From positions 32,001 through 96,000 of the forward strand of contig JAVKIP010000005.1 in the NCBI GenBank assembly GCA_031459385.1: a stretch of 64,000 nucleotides of DNA, given 5' to 3'. Positions 38,861 through 48,423 of this stretch are shown piece after piece. Source of the DNA: Candidatus Fervidifonticultor secundus. GTDB taxonomy: Bacteria; Sysuimicrobiota; Sysuimicrobiia; Sysuimicrobiales; Humicultoraceae. The position numbers and the translations under genes are program-made. Under the pieces are notes generated by a model that did no database searches, had not been told where the DNA came from, and was given only the letters and a program-made list of their open reading frames with translations. Every line of letters starts with the position of its first letter. The stretch's first letter is position 1.

Positions 38861-39946
38861 TCAGCGCGCCGTCAGGGGCAGGTCCACCCTGAGCACGTAG
38901 GTCTGCTCGCCGACCCGTATGTCGGGAAGCACCAGCGCCATCGCGATGACCGCGGGGGGCGGCGGCACCGGCTCGAAGACCAGCCGCGCGCGCGCCCGCG
39001 CCGCCGCCGGCAGGCGATCCGGAAACGTGCTGCGCAGGAGCCGTACGGCGAAGACGCGGCCCGTCCCCTCGGCCAGGGTGGCCCCGGCGACGGCGCTGAA
39101 GAGGTCGATCTCTGCGTCTCCCTCATTGGCCAGCGTCAGGCTGACCGTTGTGGCGTCGCGCGCGAACTCCACGGCCGCGACCGTGGCCCAAAGCGGGCCG
39201 GCGTTCGCCTGCGCACGCAGCGTGACGACCTTCGCCTCGGGCGAGGGCACCGCGCACCCGTGGGTGCGCTCCAGGCGCGCGATGCGCTCCTGCATCGACG
39301 GATGGTCGTCGAAGAGGTCGCCGGTGTTGGCGCGGCCGCGCGGGGCCAGCCTGACCATGAGCCGCACCCCGGCACAGGGGTCGAACCCGGCGTCCTGCGC
39401 CATGGAGGCACCGAGCCCGTCGGCCTCGATCTCCTGAGCCCGCCCGTACGACGCCAGGATGACGGCGGCTATGAGCGTGATGGCCGGGTCGAGCGCGCGG
39501 TCCCCGAAGAGGATATTCAGCAGCCGGATGGCCTGGGCGGTCTGCAGCCGGCTGATCTTCTGCCGGACGTGATTCAGCCGCATGTGCGCCAACTCGTGCG
39601 CCACGACGAAGGCCAGCTCGTCGGTGGCGAGATCCATCTCCATCAGGCCGGCGGTCACGCCCATGACGTGGATGATAGCCACCGCATTGGGGTCTTTGAG
39701 CTTCAGGCCGATGAGGTGTACGTGGTCGAGCCCGGCGCGGGCGCGCAGGGGCTCCGCGATCGGCTCCAGCCGTGCCCGCCAGGTCGCAAACGTCGGGTCC
39801 TCCGGGCGATAGCAGCGATTCCGCGCGCACAGCGCGTCGAGGATCACGCGCTCCCAGGGGTCCGTGATCTCGGCGCGGGCAGGCGCCGCGCTGCCGGCCA
39901 GGACAGCCACGAGCGCCAGCACCGCGAGCACCCGCATCTCACGCAT
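38861..39946 (-). CDS. M48 family Zn metallopeptidase (BepA/YfgC-like) with C-terminal beta-rich domain
   Basis: Signal peptide, PNA, ELAFVVAHELAH (HExxH), QEIEADGLG, HPSMQERI. Confidence 0.88.
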   Translation of the reverse strand: MREMRVLAVLALVAVLAGSAAPARAEITDPWERVILDALCARNRCYRPEDPTFATWRARLEPIAEPLRARAGLDHVHLIGLKLKDPNAVAIIHVMGVTAGLMEMDLATDELAFVVAHELAHMRLNHVRQKISRLQTAQAIRLLNILFGDRALDPAITLIAAVILASYGRAQEIEADGLGASMAQDAGFDPCAGVRLMVRLAPRGRANTGDLFDDHPSMQERIARLERTHGCAVPSPEAKVVTLRAQANAGPLWATVAAVEFARDATTVSLTLANEGDAEIDLFSAVAGATLAEGTGRVFAVRLLRSTFPDRLPAAARARARLVFEPVPPPPAVIAMALVLPDIRVGEQTYVLRVDLPLTAR

Positions 39947-39982
39947 CGCCTCAGCCCCCGCGGCCTCTCGGGATCAAGCGCC

Positions 39983-39990
39983 ATTATACT
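39983..39990. promoter_or_regulatory. -10 elements TATAAT (minus) and TATACT (plus) in divergent gap
   Basis: ATTATACT at 39983-39990 in an otherwise GC-rich region. Confidence 0.5.
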
Positions 39991-40219
39991 CTTTTCCCCG
40001 TGCGCCGAGGCTTCCCCGGCAGGCTATGCGCGCCGTCCGCTCGGTGCTGGCCGCCGCAGGGGTCGGCGGAGGCGCGTCATTCGACGGTTCCTGAAAATCC
40101 GTCGAACGATAGGCACGAACCGGCGGCAGCCGCCGGTATCCTGAAAGACGGGACCCCGACACTCCAGACAGTTCGCCGCGGCCCCCTCGGGGGAGACGTA
40201 TCGCCACGTCTCGGAGGAG

Positions 40220-41824
40220 GTGGCACGACGGGTGCGATATGCTGTCAGTGCCGCAGTGCGGGAGGTCCGCGCGGGCCTGGGGCTTGCGGCGTTGCTACGC
40301 CAGCCCCCAGCCCCCATGGCGGGGCCCGAGGAAGAGATGCGCGCGCGGGTCGCCAGACGCGCGGAGAACTTCCTCTGGTCCGTCGAGCATCTAATCTTCG
40401 CCTACCCCGACAGCCCGTACCGGCCGTTGCTGGAGGTCGCCGGCTACGACCTGCCGCGGGTCCGGCACCTGGTGATGACGCTTGGCCTGGACGCGGCCCT
40501 CGACCGCCTCTGGCAGGACGGCGTGTACGTGCGCATCCAGGAGTTCAAGGGCCGCGAGCCCGTCACCCGTCACGGTCGCACGTTCCGGTTCCACGAGCGC
40601 GCCTTCGCCAACCCCGCGGCCCCCGGCGTGCTCCGCGGACGCAGCAGCGGCTCGCGCAGCGGCGGGACGCAGACAGAGGTGTCGACCGACGACCTCATCT
40701 ACCACGCGCGCCTGCTCTCCTGGCTGCTGGACGAGTACGGGCTGCGGGAGCGGGACGTGGTGGTGTGGTTGACGCCCGGGGCAGGGCTCGAGCGCATCGT
40801 CCGCTTTTCGCTGGCGGGCCACCGTCCGCTCCAGTGGTTCTCGCCCGTAGGGTTCATCGGGCGGGCAACCCCCCTGATGCTGGCGGTCGCGCGCGCGGCC
40901 GGCAGCGGGTACCTCCCGCGCCTGCGCGTCGTCCCGCCGGAGCGGGTGCTGGAGGTCGCCCGGTACATCGCCAGGGTGAACACGCGTCGCGGCCTCCTGG
41001 TGGCCGCGTTCGTCAACTCGGCGCTGCGCCTGGTGCTCACCGCCGAGGAGGCGGGGGTGGCCCTGGGCGACGTCGCCTTCCTGCTCCTGGGCGAGCCGGT
41101 GACGCCCGTCAAGCGGCGCCAGATCGAGGCGCGCGGGTTCACGGTCGTCCCGCGGTTCGGGTTCTTCGAGCTGGGCGAACCGGCGTGGGCCTGCCCCTCC
41201 CCCCGGGAGTCTGACGACCTCCACGTCCTGACCGACATGGTGGTGCTGCGGCAGTACCCGCGTGTGGTGGACCGCGATGGTACCACCGTGCCGGCGTACC
41301 TCTTCACCACCCTGCTGCCGCACGCCCGCCACGTCATGCTGAACCTGGAGACGGGCGACTACGGCGGCCTGGAGGAGCGGTCGTGCGGCTGCTTCCTGGA
41401 GCGCGCAGGGCTGCGGCTCCACATGCACACCATCAGGAGCTTCGAGAAGCTCACCGCCGAGGGCATCACCTTCCTGGGACCGGGCATCATCGACCTCCTC
41501 GAAGAGGTCCTGCCCAGGACGTTTGGCGGGGACAGCCGGCACTACCAGCTGGTGGAAGGCGAAGATGCCCGCGGCTTCACGAAGCTGTATCTCCTGGCCA
41601 GCCCGTGCCTCGGGCCTTTGGACGAGGCCGCGCTGCGCCGTACGCTCCTGGAGGAGCTCGGGGAGCGTCATCTCCACCCCGCCTACGGCCGCAGCGCCGC
41701 CACCGTCTGGCGTCAGGCCGACACCGTCCGGGTCCTACGCCGGGACCCGCTGCCCACGGCGGCGGGGAAGGTCCTGCACCTCCATCGCGTCAGCGGGGCG
41801 GTGATCGAGGCGGGCGGAGGTTAG
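40220..41824 (+). CDS. Adenylate-forming (PaaK/CapK-like, ANL superfamily) ligase 1
   Basis: P-loop-like RSSGSRSG, FGFFELG, ETGD, CGC, IRSFEKL, C-terminal TAAGK; GGAGGA upstream of GTG. Confidence 0.72.
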   Translation: MARRVRYAVSAAVREVRAGLGLAALLRQPPAPMAGPEEEMRARVARRAENFLWSVEHLIFAYPDSPYRPLLEVAGYDLPRVRHLVMTLGLDAALDRLWQDGVYVRIQEFKGREPVTRHGRTFRFHERAFANPAAPGVLRGRSSGSRSGGTQTEVSTDDLIYHARLLSWLLDEYGLRERDVVVWLTPGAGLERIVRFSLAGHRPLQWFSPVGFIGRATPLMLAVARAAGSGYLPRLRVVPPERVLEVARYIARVNTRRGLLVAAFVNSALRLVLTAEEAGVALGDVAFLLLGEPVTPVKRRQIEARGFTVVPRFGFFELGEPAWACPSPRESDDLHVLTDMVVLRQYPRVVDRDGTTVPAYLFTTLLPHARHVMLNLETGDYGGLEERSCGCFLERAGLRLHMHTIRSFEKLTAEGITFLGPGIIDLLEEVLPRTFGGDSRHYQLVEGEDARGFTKLYLLASPCLGPLDEAALRRTLLEELGERHLHPAYGRSAATVWRQADTVRVLRRDPLPTAAGKVLHLHRVSGAVIEAGGG

Positions 41825-41825
41825 T

Positions 41826-43382
41826 GTGGCCCACGCACACGCCAATGAGACTGCCGACAGCGGCGTCGACCGTCTGAGCGAGCTCGTGCGGCGCGGGGCG
41901 CTGTGGACCCTCCTCTACCAGATCTACACATGGGGCGTGGGGTTCGGCAGCCGCATCGTGCTGGCCCGGCTGCTGGCGCCGCACGACTTCGGCCTGGTGG
42001 CCCTCGTCACCCTGGTGCAGGGAGCCGTGCTGCTGTTCGGCCTGCGCGGCGTCTCTGCGGCGCTCATCCAGCGGCCCGACGACCTGGACGAACACGCCAA
42101 CGCCAGCTTCTGGCTGAATCCCCTGATCGGTGGCGCCATCGGCGTGCTGGTGGTGGTCATGGCGCCGCAGGTGGCGCAGGCGTTTGCCGAACCCCTCCTC
42201 GCCCCGCTGCTCCAGGTGGCGGCACTGAGCTTCTTCATCGTCCCGTGGGGCGCCACCCATGCGGCGCTCCTGGCGAAAACCCTCGACGTGCCGCGGATCA
42301 CGATGGCGCAGGCGCTCCTGGGCACGGCGACCAGCGCCGGCATGGTGGGCATGGCGCTCCTGGGCTACGGTGCCTGGAGCTTCATCGTGCCGGGCGTACT
42401 GGCCGACCCGTTCCGGGTCTACCTGCACTGGCGGTTGTGCTCGTGGCGCCCCCGCCTGGCCGTGACGCTTTGCCGGTGGCGCGAGCTCGTGAGGTACGCG
42501 CGGCACATCTGGGCAGCCGACGCGCTGCGTTACTGCGTGGACAACACCGACTACCTGCTGGTGGGCCGGCTGCTCGGCGCCAGCTCCCTGGGGCTGTACT
42601 CCTTCGCCTTCAGGCAGTCGATGTTCGCCGTGCACAACGCCACGCCCATCGCGGCCAGGATTGCCTTTCCGACGTTTGCCCTGCTGCAGACCCGGCAGGA
42701 GCTGCTGCGGCGCCACGCGGCCAGGAGCCTGCTGCTGCTGATGAGCGTCACGCTCCCGCTGCAGCTGGGGCAACTGGCCCTGGCCCCGGAGTACATCGCG
42801 GTCGTCTACAGCGCCAAGTGGCTGCCGGCCGTCGGCGCCTTCCGGGTGCTGCTCCTCTACGGTATCTCGGTGGCCGCCGCGATGCTGGTGCGCCAGGTGC
42901 TGACCGCGGTCGGGCACCCCCAGGTGGTGTGGAAGTTCCATGCGCTGGTCTGGCCCGCCCTCGGCGCCGGCGCGCTGGTCGGGGTACGGGCCGGCATCGC
43001 CGGGGTCGCGCTGGCCGTGGGCGTGAGCCTGGGGCTGGGCTCCTGGCTCTTCATCTTCTACGGGCTGCGCCTGCTGCGGTGGCCGGCCGGGGACCTGCTC
43101 GCCCCGCTGGTCGCGCCTGCCGTCGCCTCCGCCGCCATGTACGCCACGGTCGCGCTGCTGCGGCACCTCCTGCTGGCCGCAGGCGCCTCGCCGGCCACCG
43201 TGCTGGCGGTGTGCATTCCGGCCGGTGCCGCCGTGTACGCCCTGACCCTGGCCTGGCGCTTCCCGCAGGCCTGGGCCGACGTGACGGGCTTCGCGGCACG
43301 CTCCGTGGCCGAGTTCCGCAGGGACGCCGGCGAGGCGATGCGGTACCTCCGGCGCAGGCTCTCCCTCGGGGCTGCCGCGTGA
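41826..43382 (+). CDS. wzx: Wzx/PST-family flippase (WzxC-like)
   Basis: IVLARLLAPHDFGLVA, AALIQR, NTDYLLVGRLLGASSLGLYSFA, FPTFA, KWLPAV. Confidence 0.88.
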   Translation: MAHAHANETADSGVDRLSELVRRGALWTLLYQIYTWGVGFGSRIVLARLLAPHDFGLVALVTLVQGAVLLFGLRGVSAALIQRPDDLDEHANASFWLNPLIGGAIGVLVVVMAPQVAQAFAEPLLAPLLQVAALSFFIVPWGATHAALLAKTLDVPRITMAQALLGTATSAGMVGMALLGYGAWSFIVPGVLADPFRVYLHWRLCSWRPRLAVTLCRWRELVRYARHIWAADALRYCVDNTDYLLVGRLLGASSLGLYSFAFRQSMFAVHNATPIAARIAFPTFALLQTRQELLRRHAARSLLLLMSVTLPLQLGQLALAPEYIAVVYSAKWLPAVGAFRVLLLYGISVAAAMLVRQVLTAVGHPQVVWKFHALVWPALGAGALVGVRAGIAGVALAVGVSLGLGSWLFIFYGLRLLRWPAGDLLAPLVAPAVASAAMYATVALLRHLLLAAGASPATVLAVCIPAGAAVYALTLAWRFPQAWADVTGFAARSVAEFRRDAGEAMRYLRRRLSLGAAA

Positions 43383-44200
43383 TGCCGTCGACCCGCGCCG
43401 CCGCTGCCGACGCTCGCCAGTCCGTCGAGGCGGTACCCGCGCCCCCGCGCACCGCGTGGTCCGTGGGCTACTGGCTCTGGCTCGCGTACCGGGTCTCCGC
43501 CGTCTGCGTGCCGGCGTGCGCGCGCCTGGGCGTGCACCCCAACCAGGTCACGGCGGTGGCGTTCCTCGCGGGCCTGACCGGCACGGCGCTGCTGGCGAGC
43601 GGCACCGCCGCGGGCGCCCTGGGCGGCGCGCTGCTGGTGAACCTCTACTATCTGCTGGATGCGCTCGACGGCGATCTCGCGCGCGCGACGCACCGCACCT
43701 CGGTGTACGGCAGCTACCTCGACGACCTGAACGGCCATCTGATGCCGGCGCTGCTGTTCGTCGCGCTCGGAGTCCACGTCTACCGGGCCGTCGAGGCGCC
43801 CCTGTGGGCCGTCGGGCCCGACGACGGGCGCACGGCGTTCCTGATCCTCGGCGGCGCCGGCGCGCTGGCTGCGGCCCAGCGCGCGCTGGGGGAGATGCGG
43901 ATGCGGGAAGGCGTGCGGAAGCTCGTGCGTCGCGGCCCGCCTGCGCGTCTCCTGACCGCCTCGCCGACGCCGTTCGCCGGCGCGCTGGGCCAAAGCGAGG
44001 CGTTCCTGCGCCACGTGGTCGGCAGTCACCTCATCGGGATGGACGGCAGCTTCCTTCCAGCGCTCGTGGTGGCAGCGCTGTGGAGGCGGGTGGACCTCCT
44101 GCTCATCGTCACGGCGCCCCTCTCGCTCCTGAGCCTCCTCTGGTACCTGGCCCGCACCACGGTGGCGCTCCAACGGGCAGACCGGCGCGAGGACCCCTAA
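43382..44200 (+). CDS. CDP-alcohol phosphotransferase family protein
   Basis: HPNQVT and DALDGDLARATHRTSVYGSYLDD motif; ATG overlaps wzx stop. Confidence 0.88.
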   Translation: MPSTRAAAADARQSVEAVPAPPRTAWSVGYWLWLAYRVSAVCVPACARLGVHPNQVTAVAFLAGLTGTALLASGTAAGALGGALLVNLYYLLDALDGDLARATHRTSVYGSYLDDLNGHLMPALLFVALGVHVYRAVEAPLWAVGPDDGRTAFLILGGAGALAAAQRALGEMRMREGVRKLVRRGPPARLLTASPTPFAGALGQSEAFLRHVVGSHLIGMDGSFLPALVVAALWRRVDLLLIVTAPLSLLSLLWYLARTTVALQRADRREDP

Positions 44201-44955
44201 TGCGGGCCATCGTGCTGGCGGCAGGACGCGGCACCCGACTGCACCCGGTCTGGGCGCACCCCAAGTGCCTGCTACCGGTCGCGGGCCGACCGCTGCTGGC
44301 GCGCTACATCGACGCGCTGCAGCGGCTGGGGGTGGACGAACTGGTGGTCGTCACCGGCTTCGAGCACGAGCGCGTGGCCGCTCTGGCAGCTGCGACGACG
44401 TCTGCGGCGTTCCCGGTCCGGACCATCTTCAATCCCTGCACGGGGGGCAGCGTGTGCTCGCTGGACGCCGCCCGGACCTGCATGACCGGCGAGGTCCTGC
44501 TCATGGACGGAGACGTCTTTTGCGAGGACGAGGTCCTCGCGCGGGCATGCGACGGGCGGGGGGAAGCCCTGGTCGTCGACCCGTCCCGGCCGTACGACAG
44601 CGAGAAGTACCGGGCCGCAATGGCCGGGGGGCAGGCGGTCGGCATGGCGCGGGGGCTCCGGGGCGCGCCCGCGGCGGAATGGGTGGGGTTCGCCCGCCTC
44701 GCCCCGCCTCGCACCGCGCGGCTCGCGGCGCTGGCGCGCGACCGGGTGCGCCGGGGTGATGTCACCGCCGCCTACGAGGACCTGCTCAGCGCCACGATCG
44801 CGGAGGCGCCGATGCCATGGGTCTCGGTCGCAGGGCTGCGGTGGGCGGAGATCGACACGCCCGGTGACTACGTCCACGCAGAGGCGCTGGCGCGGCAGGT
44901 GGCCGGCCTGAGGCGACCCCGCCGGCTCCTGGCGCGCGCGAAGCGCCGACCATGA
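44200..44955 (+). CDS. LicC/IPCT-like NTP transferase (phospho-alcohol cytidylyltransferase)
   Basis: MRAIVLAAGRGTRL, PKCLL, MDGD, WAEIDTPGD; TAATG coupling. Confidence 0.88.
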   Translation: MRAIVLAAGRGTRLHPVWAHPKCLLPVAGRPLLARYIDALQRLGVDELVVVTGFEHERVAALAAATTSAAFPVRTIFNPCTGGSVCSLDAARTCMTGEVLLMDGDVFCEDEVLARACDGRGEALVVDPSRPYDSEKYRAAMAGGQAVGMARGLRGAPAAEWVGFARLAPPRTARLAALARDRVRRGDVTAAYEDLLSATIAEAPMPWVSVAGLRWAEIDTPGDYVHAEALARQVAGLRRPRRLLARAKRRP

Positions 44956-46565
44956 GCGCCGCGCGACGTCCGGGCGATGCGGCACGTCGGCTCATCTGGT
45001 CTGTCCGGGCCGGCGTGCGGGTCGGCCGGTTGCTGCGCCAGCCGGCGGTGAGCGCCGACGGGGTCGAAGACCGCCTGCGCGACGGCGTGGCCCGACGGGC
45101 CGAGCACTTCCTCGCCTGCGCCGAACGGCTCATCTTCGCCCACCCCCACAGCCCCTATCGGCCACTGCTCGAGGTGGCGGGCTACGACCTCCCGGCACTG
45201 ACCCGGCTCGTACGTACCCAGGGGCTCGACGCCGCGCTCGACCAGCTCCGGGCCGACGGTGTCTACGTCACGATCCAGGAGTTCAAGGGAATCGCGCCTG
45301 CGATCCGTCGCGGGCAGACCTTTCGCTTCCACCCGCGGGATTTCGCCAACCCCTCCGTCGTCGGGGCGCTCCAGACGACGAGCAGCGGATCTCGCGGCCA
45401 GCGGACCCCGAGTGCGATCTCGACCGACGAGCTGGCGGGCCGCGCCCGCCTCAAACGGTGGCTCGAAGCACACTACGGGCTGGCCGGGCGCGACACGCTC
45501 CTGTGGCGCAGCACCGGGACGGGCCTGAACTGGACGCTCGCCGCCACCCTGGCAGGCCAGCGCCCGATCCGGTGGTGTTCGCAGGTCCGGGACGCCGGGC
45601 TGAGCATCCGGATCCTCCAGGCGGTCGCGCGGGCGACCAGCCGCGTGCCGCTGCCGCGCATGGAGTTCCTGCCGGCGGAGCGGGCCGTGGACCTGGCCCG
45701 CTACATTGGACGGGTCAACACGCCCCGCGGCATGGTCGTGGAGACCTTCGTCAGTTCCGCGCTGCGGCTCGTCCTGGCCGCCGAAGAAGCCGTCATCGCC
45801 ATGGGCGACGTCGTCTTCATCGTCGGCGGCGAGCCGCTCACGCCGGTGAAGCGGCGGGAGATCGAGGCGCGGGGGTTCCGCGCTATCTCCCGCTTCGCGT
45901 TCGCCGAGTTCGGCGACTGTGCCTGGGCCTGCCCGGCCGGCAGGGAGGCAGACGATCTCCACGTCCTGACCGACCGCGTGGCCGTGCGGCAGCACGTGCG
46001 GTCGGTGGCGCCGGACGGCGCCCGGGTCGCCGCGTTCCTGTTCACCAGCCTGCTCCCACACGCCCGCAACGTCCTGCTCAACGTCGAGACGGGCGACAGC
46101 GGCGGCCTGGAGGAACGGTCGTGCGGCTGCTTCCTCGAGCGCGCCGGGCTGCGGCTCCACATGCACACTATCCGCAGCTTCGAGAAGCTCACCGCCGAGG
46201 GCATCACCTACCTCGGCCCCGACCTCGTCGACCTGCTGGACGAGCACCTGCCCCGTCTGTTCGGCGGCGACAGCCGTCACTACCAGCTCGTCGAGGGGGA
46301 GGACCGCAGAGGCTTCACCCGTCTCTTCCTGCTGGTCAGCCCTGCGCTGGGCGCGCTGGACGAGGAGGCCCTCAGGCGCACGGTGCTGACCGAGATGGCC
46401 CGCCGCCACCTGGTGCGGGCCTACGGGCGCGTCGTCGAGCGCGTCTGGGAGGACGCCGGGACGCTCCGGGTGCTCCGGCGCGATCCCCTGCCCACGGTCT
46501 CGGGGAAGATCCTGCCCATGCACCGACACCCGGGCAGGCTCGAGGAGGACGGTGAGGGCCCGTGA
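44952..46565 (+). CDS. Adenylate-forming (PaaK/CapK-like) ligase 2, paralog of ligase 1
   Basis: TTSSGSRG, FAFAEFG, ETGD, identical GGLEERSCGCFLERAGLRLHMHTIRSFEKLTAEGIT, TVSGK. Confidence 0.72.
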   Translation: MSAARRPGDAARRLIWSVRAGVRVGRLLRQPAVSADGVEDRLRDGVARRAEHFLACAERLIFAHPHSPYRPLLEVAGYDLPALTRLVRTQGLDAALDQLRADGVYVTIQEFKGIAPAIRRGQTFRFHPRDFANPSVVGALQTTSSGSRGQRTPSAISTDELAGRARLKRWLEAHYGLAGRDTLLWRSTGTGLNWTLAATLAGQRPIRWCSQVRDAGLSIRILQAVARATSRVPLPRMEFLPAERAVDLARYIGRVNTPRGMVVETFVSSALRLVLAAEEAVIAMGDVVFIVGGEPLTPVKRREIEARGFRAISRFAFAEFGDCAWACPAGREADDLHVLTDRVAVRQHVRSVAPDGARVAAFLFTSLLPHARNVLLNVETGDSGGLEERSCGCFLERAGLRLHMHTIRSFEKLTAEGITYLGPDLVDLLDEHLPRLFGGDSRHYQLVEGEDRRGFTRLFLLVSPALGALDEEALRRTVLTEMARRHLVRAYGRVVERVWEDAGTLRVLRRDPLPTVSGKILPMHRHPGRLEEDGEGP

Positions 46566-46678
46566 CCCCGTCCTCGGCCAGCGGATCTGCCGTGGGGACC
46601 GCAGACGCGCGAACCATGGCCGGGCGCTTGCCCGGTCGCACGCAGGCCTGGTGGCGTCACCGCGGGATGCGCCTGGGG

Positions 46679-47533
46679 TCAGCGCTTCACGAGGGCGGCG
46701 TACTCCAGTTCGCCGTAGACCGGCTTCCCGCCCACGATCGTCAGCACCGACCGGAGGTCTCTGATCCGGTCGACCGGGGCCGTCAGGTAGTCCGCGGTGA
46801 GCACGATCATGTCGGCGAGCTTCCCGGGCTCGATGGAGCCCAGCTTGTGGTCCGGCCACGTCAGGCCACCGCCGGCCGTGTCACCCACCGTGGTGAGGCC
46901 CAGACGGTTCAGCTCACGGAAGAAGCTCGCGGTGCTCTCCAGTTCCTGCTCGAAGGTCGGCTGCGGCAGCTTCAGCCACCAGTTGAGGATCCCGAAGAAA
47001 CCCAGCACCCCGATCGGCCTGCCGCTCGGATCGCGGAGCACGCGGCCCAGCGGCGGATCCGGCACGTCGGTCGTGATCCCCAGCGCCCTGAGCCCTGCGG
47101 TATTGAGAATCGCCCGCTCGTAGAGCCACTGGAACCAGACCGGGTGGTCGGGCGCGATCTAATCCAGTTCCTCGACGGTCGGCATCCGCCGCTCGCCGGT
47201 GAACTGCGTCTCGTGCCAGCCGCCCACGACCCGGATCCACGTCCCGGGCGGCGTCCGACGGGCCGCGTCCGCGATCATTCGGAGCCCGTCGGCCAGGGAT
47301 TGGACGTTCACCCAGTTCAGTTCCTGATTCCACGTGCGAGCCGCCCGGATAGCGTGGATGTGCGAGTCGATGAGCCGCGGCACCACGGTGCGCCCTTTGA
47401 GATCGACGACCCGCGTGCCGGCACCGGCCAGCCGACCGATCTCCTGATCGCTCCCGACGGCCAGGATCCGGCCACCCCCGATGTTCACCGCCTGGCGGAT
47501 CGAGAAGGCTCTATCCATCGTGACGACCTTGCC
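46679..47533 (-). pseudogene. YtcJ-like amidohydrolase_3 pseudogene
   Basis: GKVVTMD...IDSHIH N-terminus, in-frame TAG at 47159-47161, then a jump near 46850 from TTVGDTAGGGLTWPD straight to the C-terminal HKLGSIEPGKLAD; about half the normal length. Confidence 0.85.
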
Positions 47534-47644
47534 GCTTCTTTCTGCCCTTGCTCTCCGGGCGGGCTGGTGTACGCCACGAACACGCCGCCAGTCTTCGTCT
47601 TCCCTGCGTCGCCCTCCCTGTGGACGGCCGGCGTCGCCTGTGGA

Positions 47645-48322
47645 TCACCCGCGCGGCGGCGGCGCGGCGTCCTCGGGCGGACAGGGCGCGTTGCTGTACC
47701 CCGACCGGAAGGGCGCCACGGTGCCGGCCGCCGGGTCGAACCGGTGCCGCCACACGCAGGCCGTGTCGTTGGCGAGCAGGTGGATGGAGATCGACGGGCG
47801 ATCCGACAGGGTCGCGACGTAGTGAATGTCGTCGCGAGGCGGCACGATGGCGTAGAACTCGCCGGTGCTCACCACGATCCGGCGTGAGATCTCCAGCACC
47901 GCCCGGCCCTTAACGTTCCCGTTGTCCAGCCGTCGGTAGAAGGTCTCCTCCTGCTGGCCCCGGTAGACGCCGACCAGGCCCCACGCCAGGTGATCGTGGA
48001 CCGGCGTCGCGGCGCCGGGCGAAACGACCAGGGCGAACAGGCACAAGGACCCGTGCAGCGCGCGGTAGAGCGCGTCCTGGCCGATGCCGCCACCCATGCG
48101 GCTATGCGCATCGGGCTGCGCGCAGAACGCGGGCAGCCACCCCTCCGCTGCCAGCAGCCGGGCAAACGCCGGCCGCAGGGCATCGACGCGCGCCGCGTCA
48201 TCTCCGATCGATTGCCGGAGCCGCCGCCCGGCCTCCGCGATGAGCGCGCGGACCTCCGGCGCATCGACGATGAACCCGTAGTGCGAGCTTCCGTGCGCGT
48301 GCGGCTGTCCCAAGTCGCACAT
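47645..48322 (-). CDS. Cysteine dioxygenase / 3-mercaptopropionate dioxygenase-like cupin
   Basis: TPVHDHLAWG, DDIHYV, SIHLL motifs; start uncertain (48322 or 48361). Confidence 0.8.
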   Translation of the reverse strand: MCDLGQPHAHGSSHYGFIVDAPEVRALIAEAGRRLRQSIGDDAARVDALRPAFARLLAAEGWLPAFCAQPDAHSRMGGGIGQDALYRALHGSLCLFALVVSPGAATPVHDHLAWGLVGVYRGQQEETFYRRLDNGNVKGRAVLEISRRIVVSTGEFYAIVPPRDDIHYVATLSDRPSISIHLLANDTACVWRHRFDPAAGTVAPFRSGYSNAPCPPEDAAPPPRG

Positions 48323-48423
48323 CGCCAGCCTCCCTGTCTCCGGAACACCGTGCCGGCTCACCGCGTGTCCGCACCACGATGTTCCAGCGAGTTCTCAGCG
48401 GCATGCCGGGGGGAGGCCGGGCC

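Noticed and set aside
40221..40235. Sigma54-like TGGCACGACGGGTGC
   Set aside because: Overlaps the start codon of the ligase gene and has a mismatch; likely coding coincidence.
43382..44955. Di-myo-inositol phosphate (IPCT/DIPPS) or lic phosphocholine pathway as a firm call
   Set aside because: No inositol-phosphate synthase, licA or licD nearby and the context is a flippase and ligases; substrate cannot be assigned by eye.
47159..47161. Programmed amber (pyrrolysine) readthrough
   Set aside because: The gene also has a large deletion and a broken 5' end; no pyl genes or tRNA seen; simple decay is more likely.
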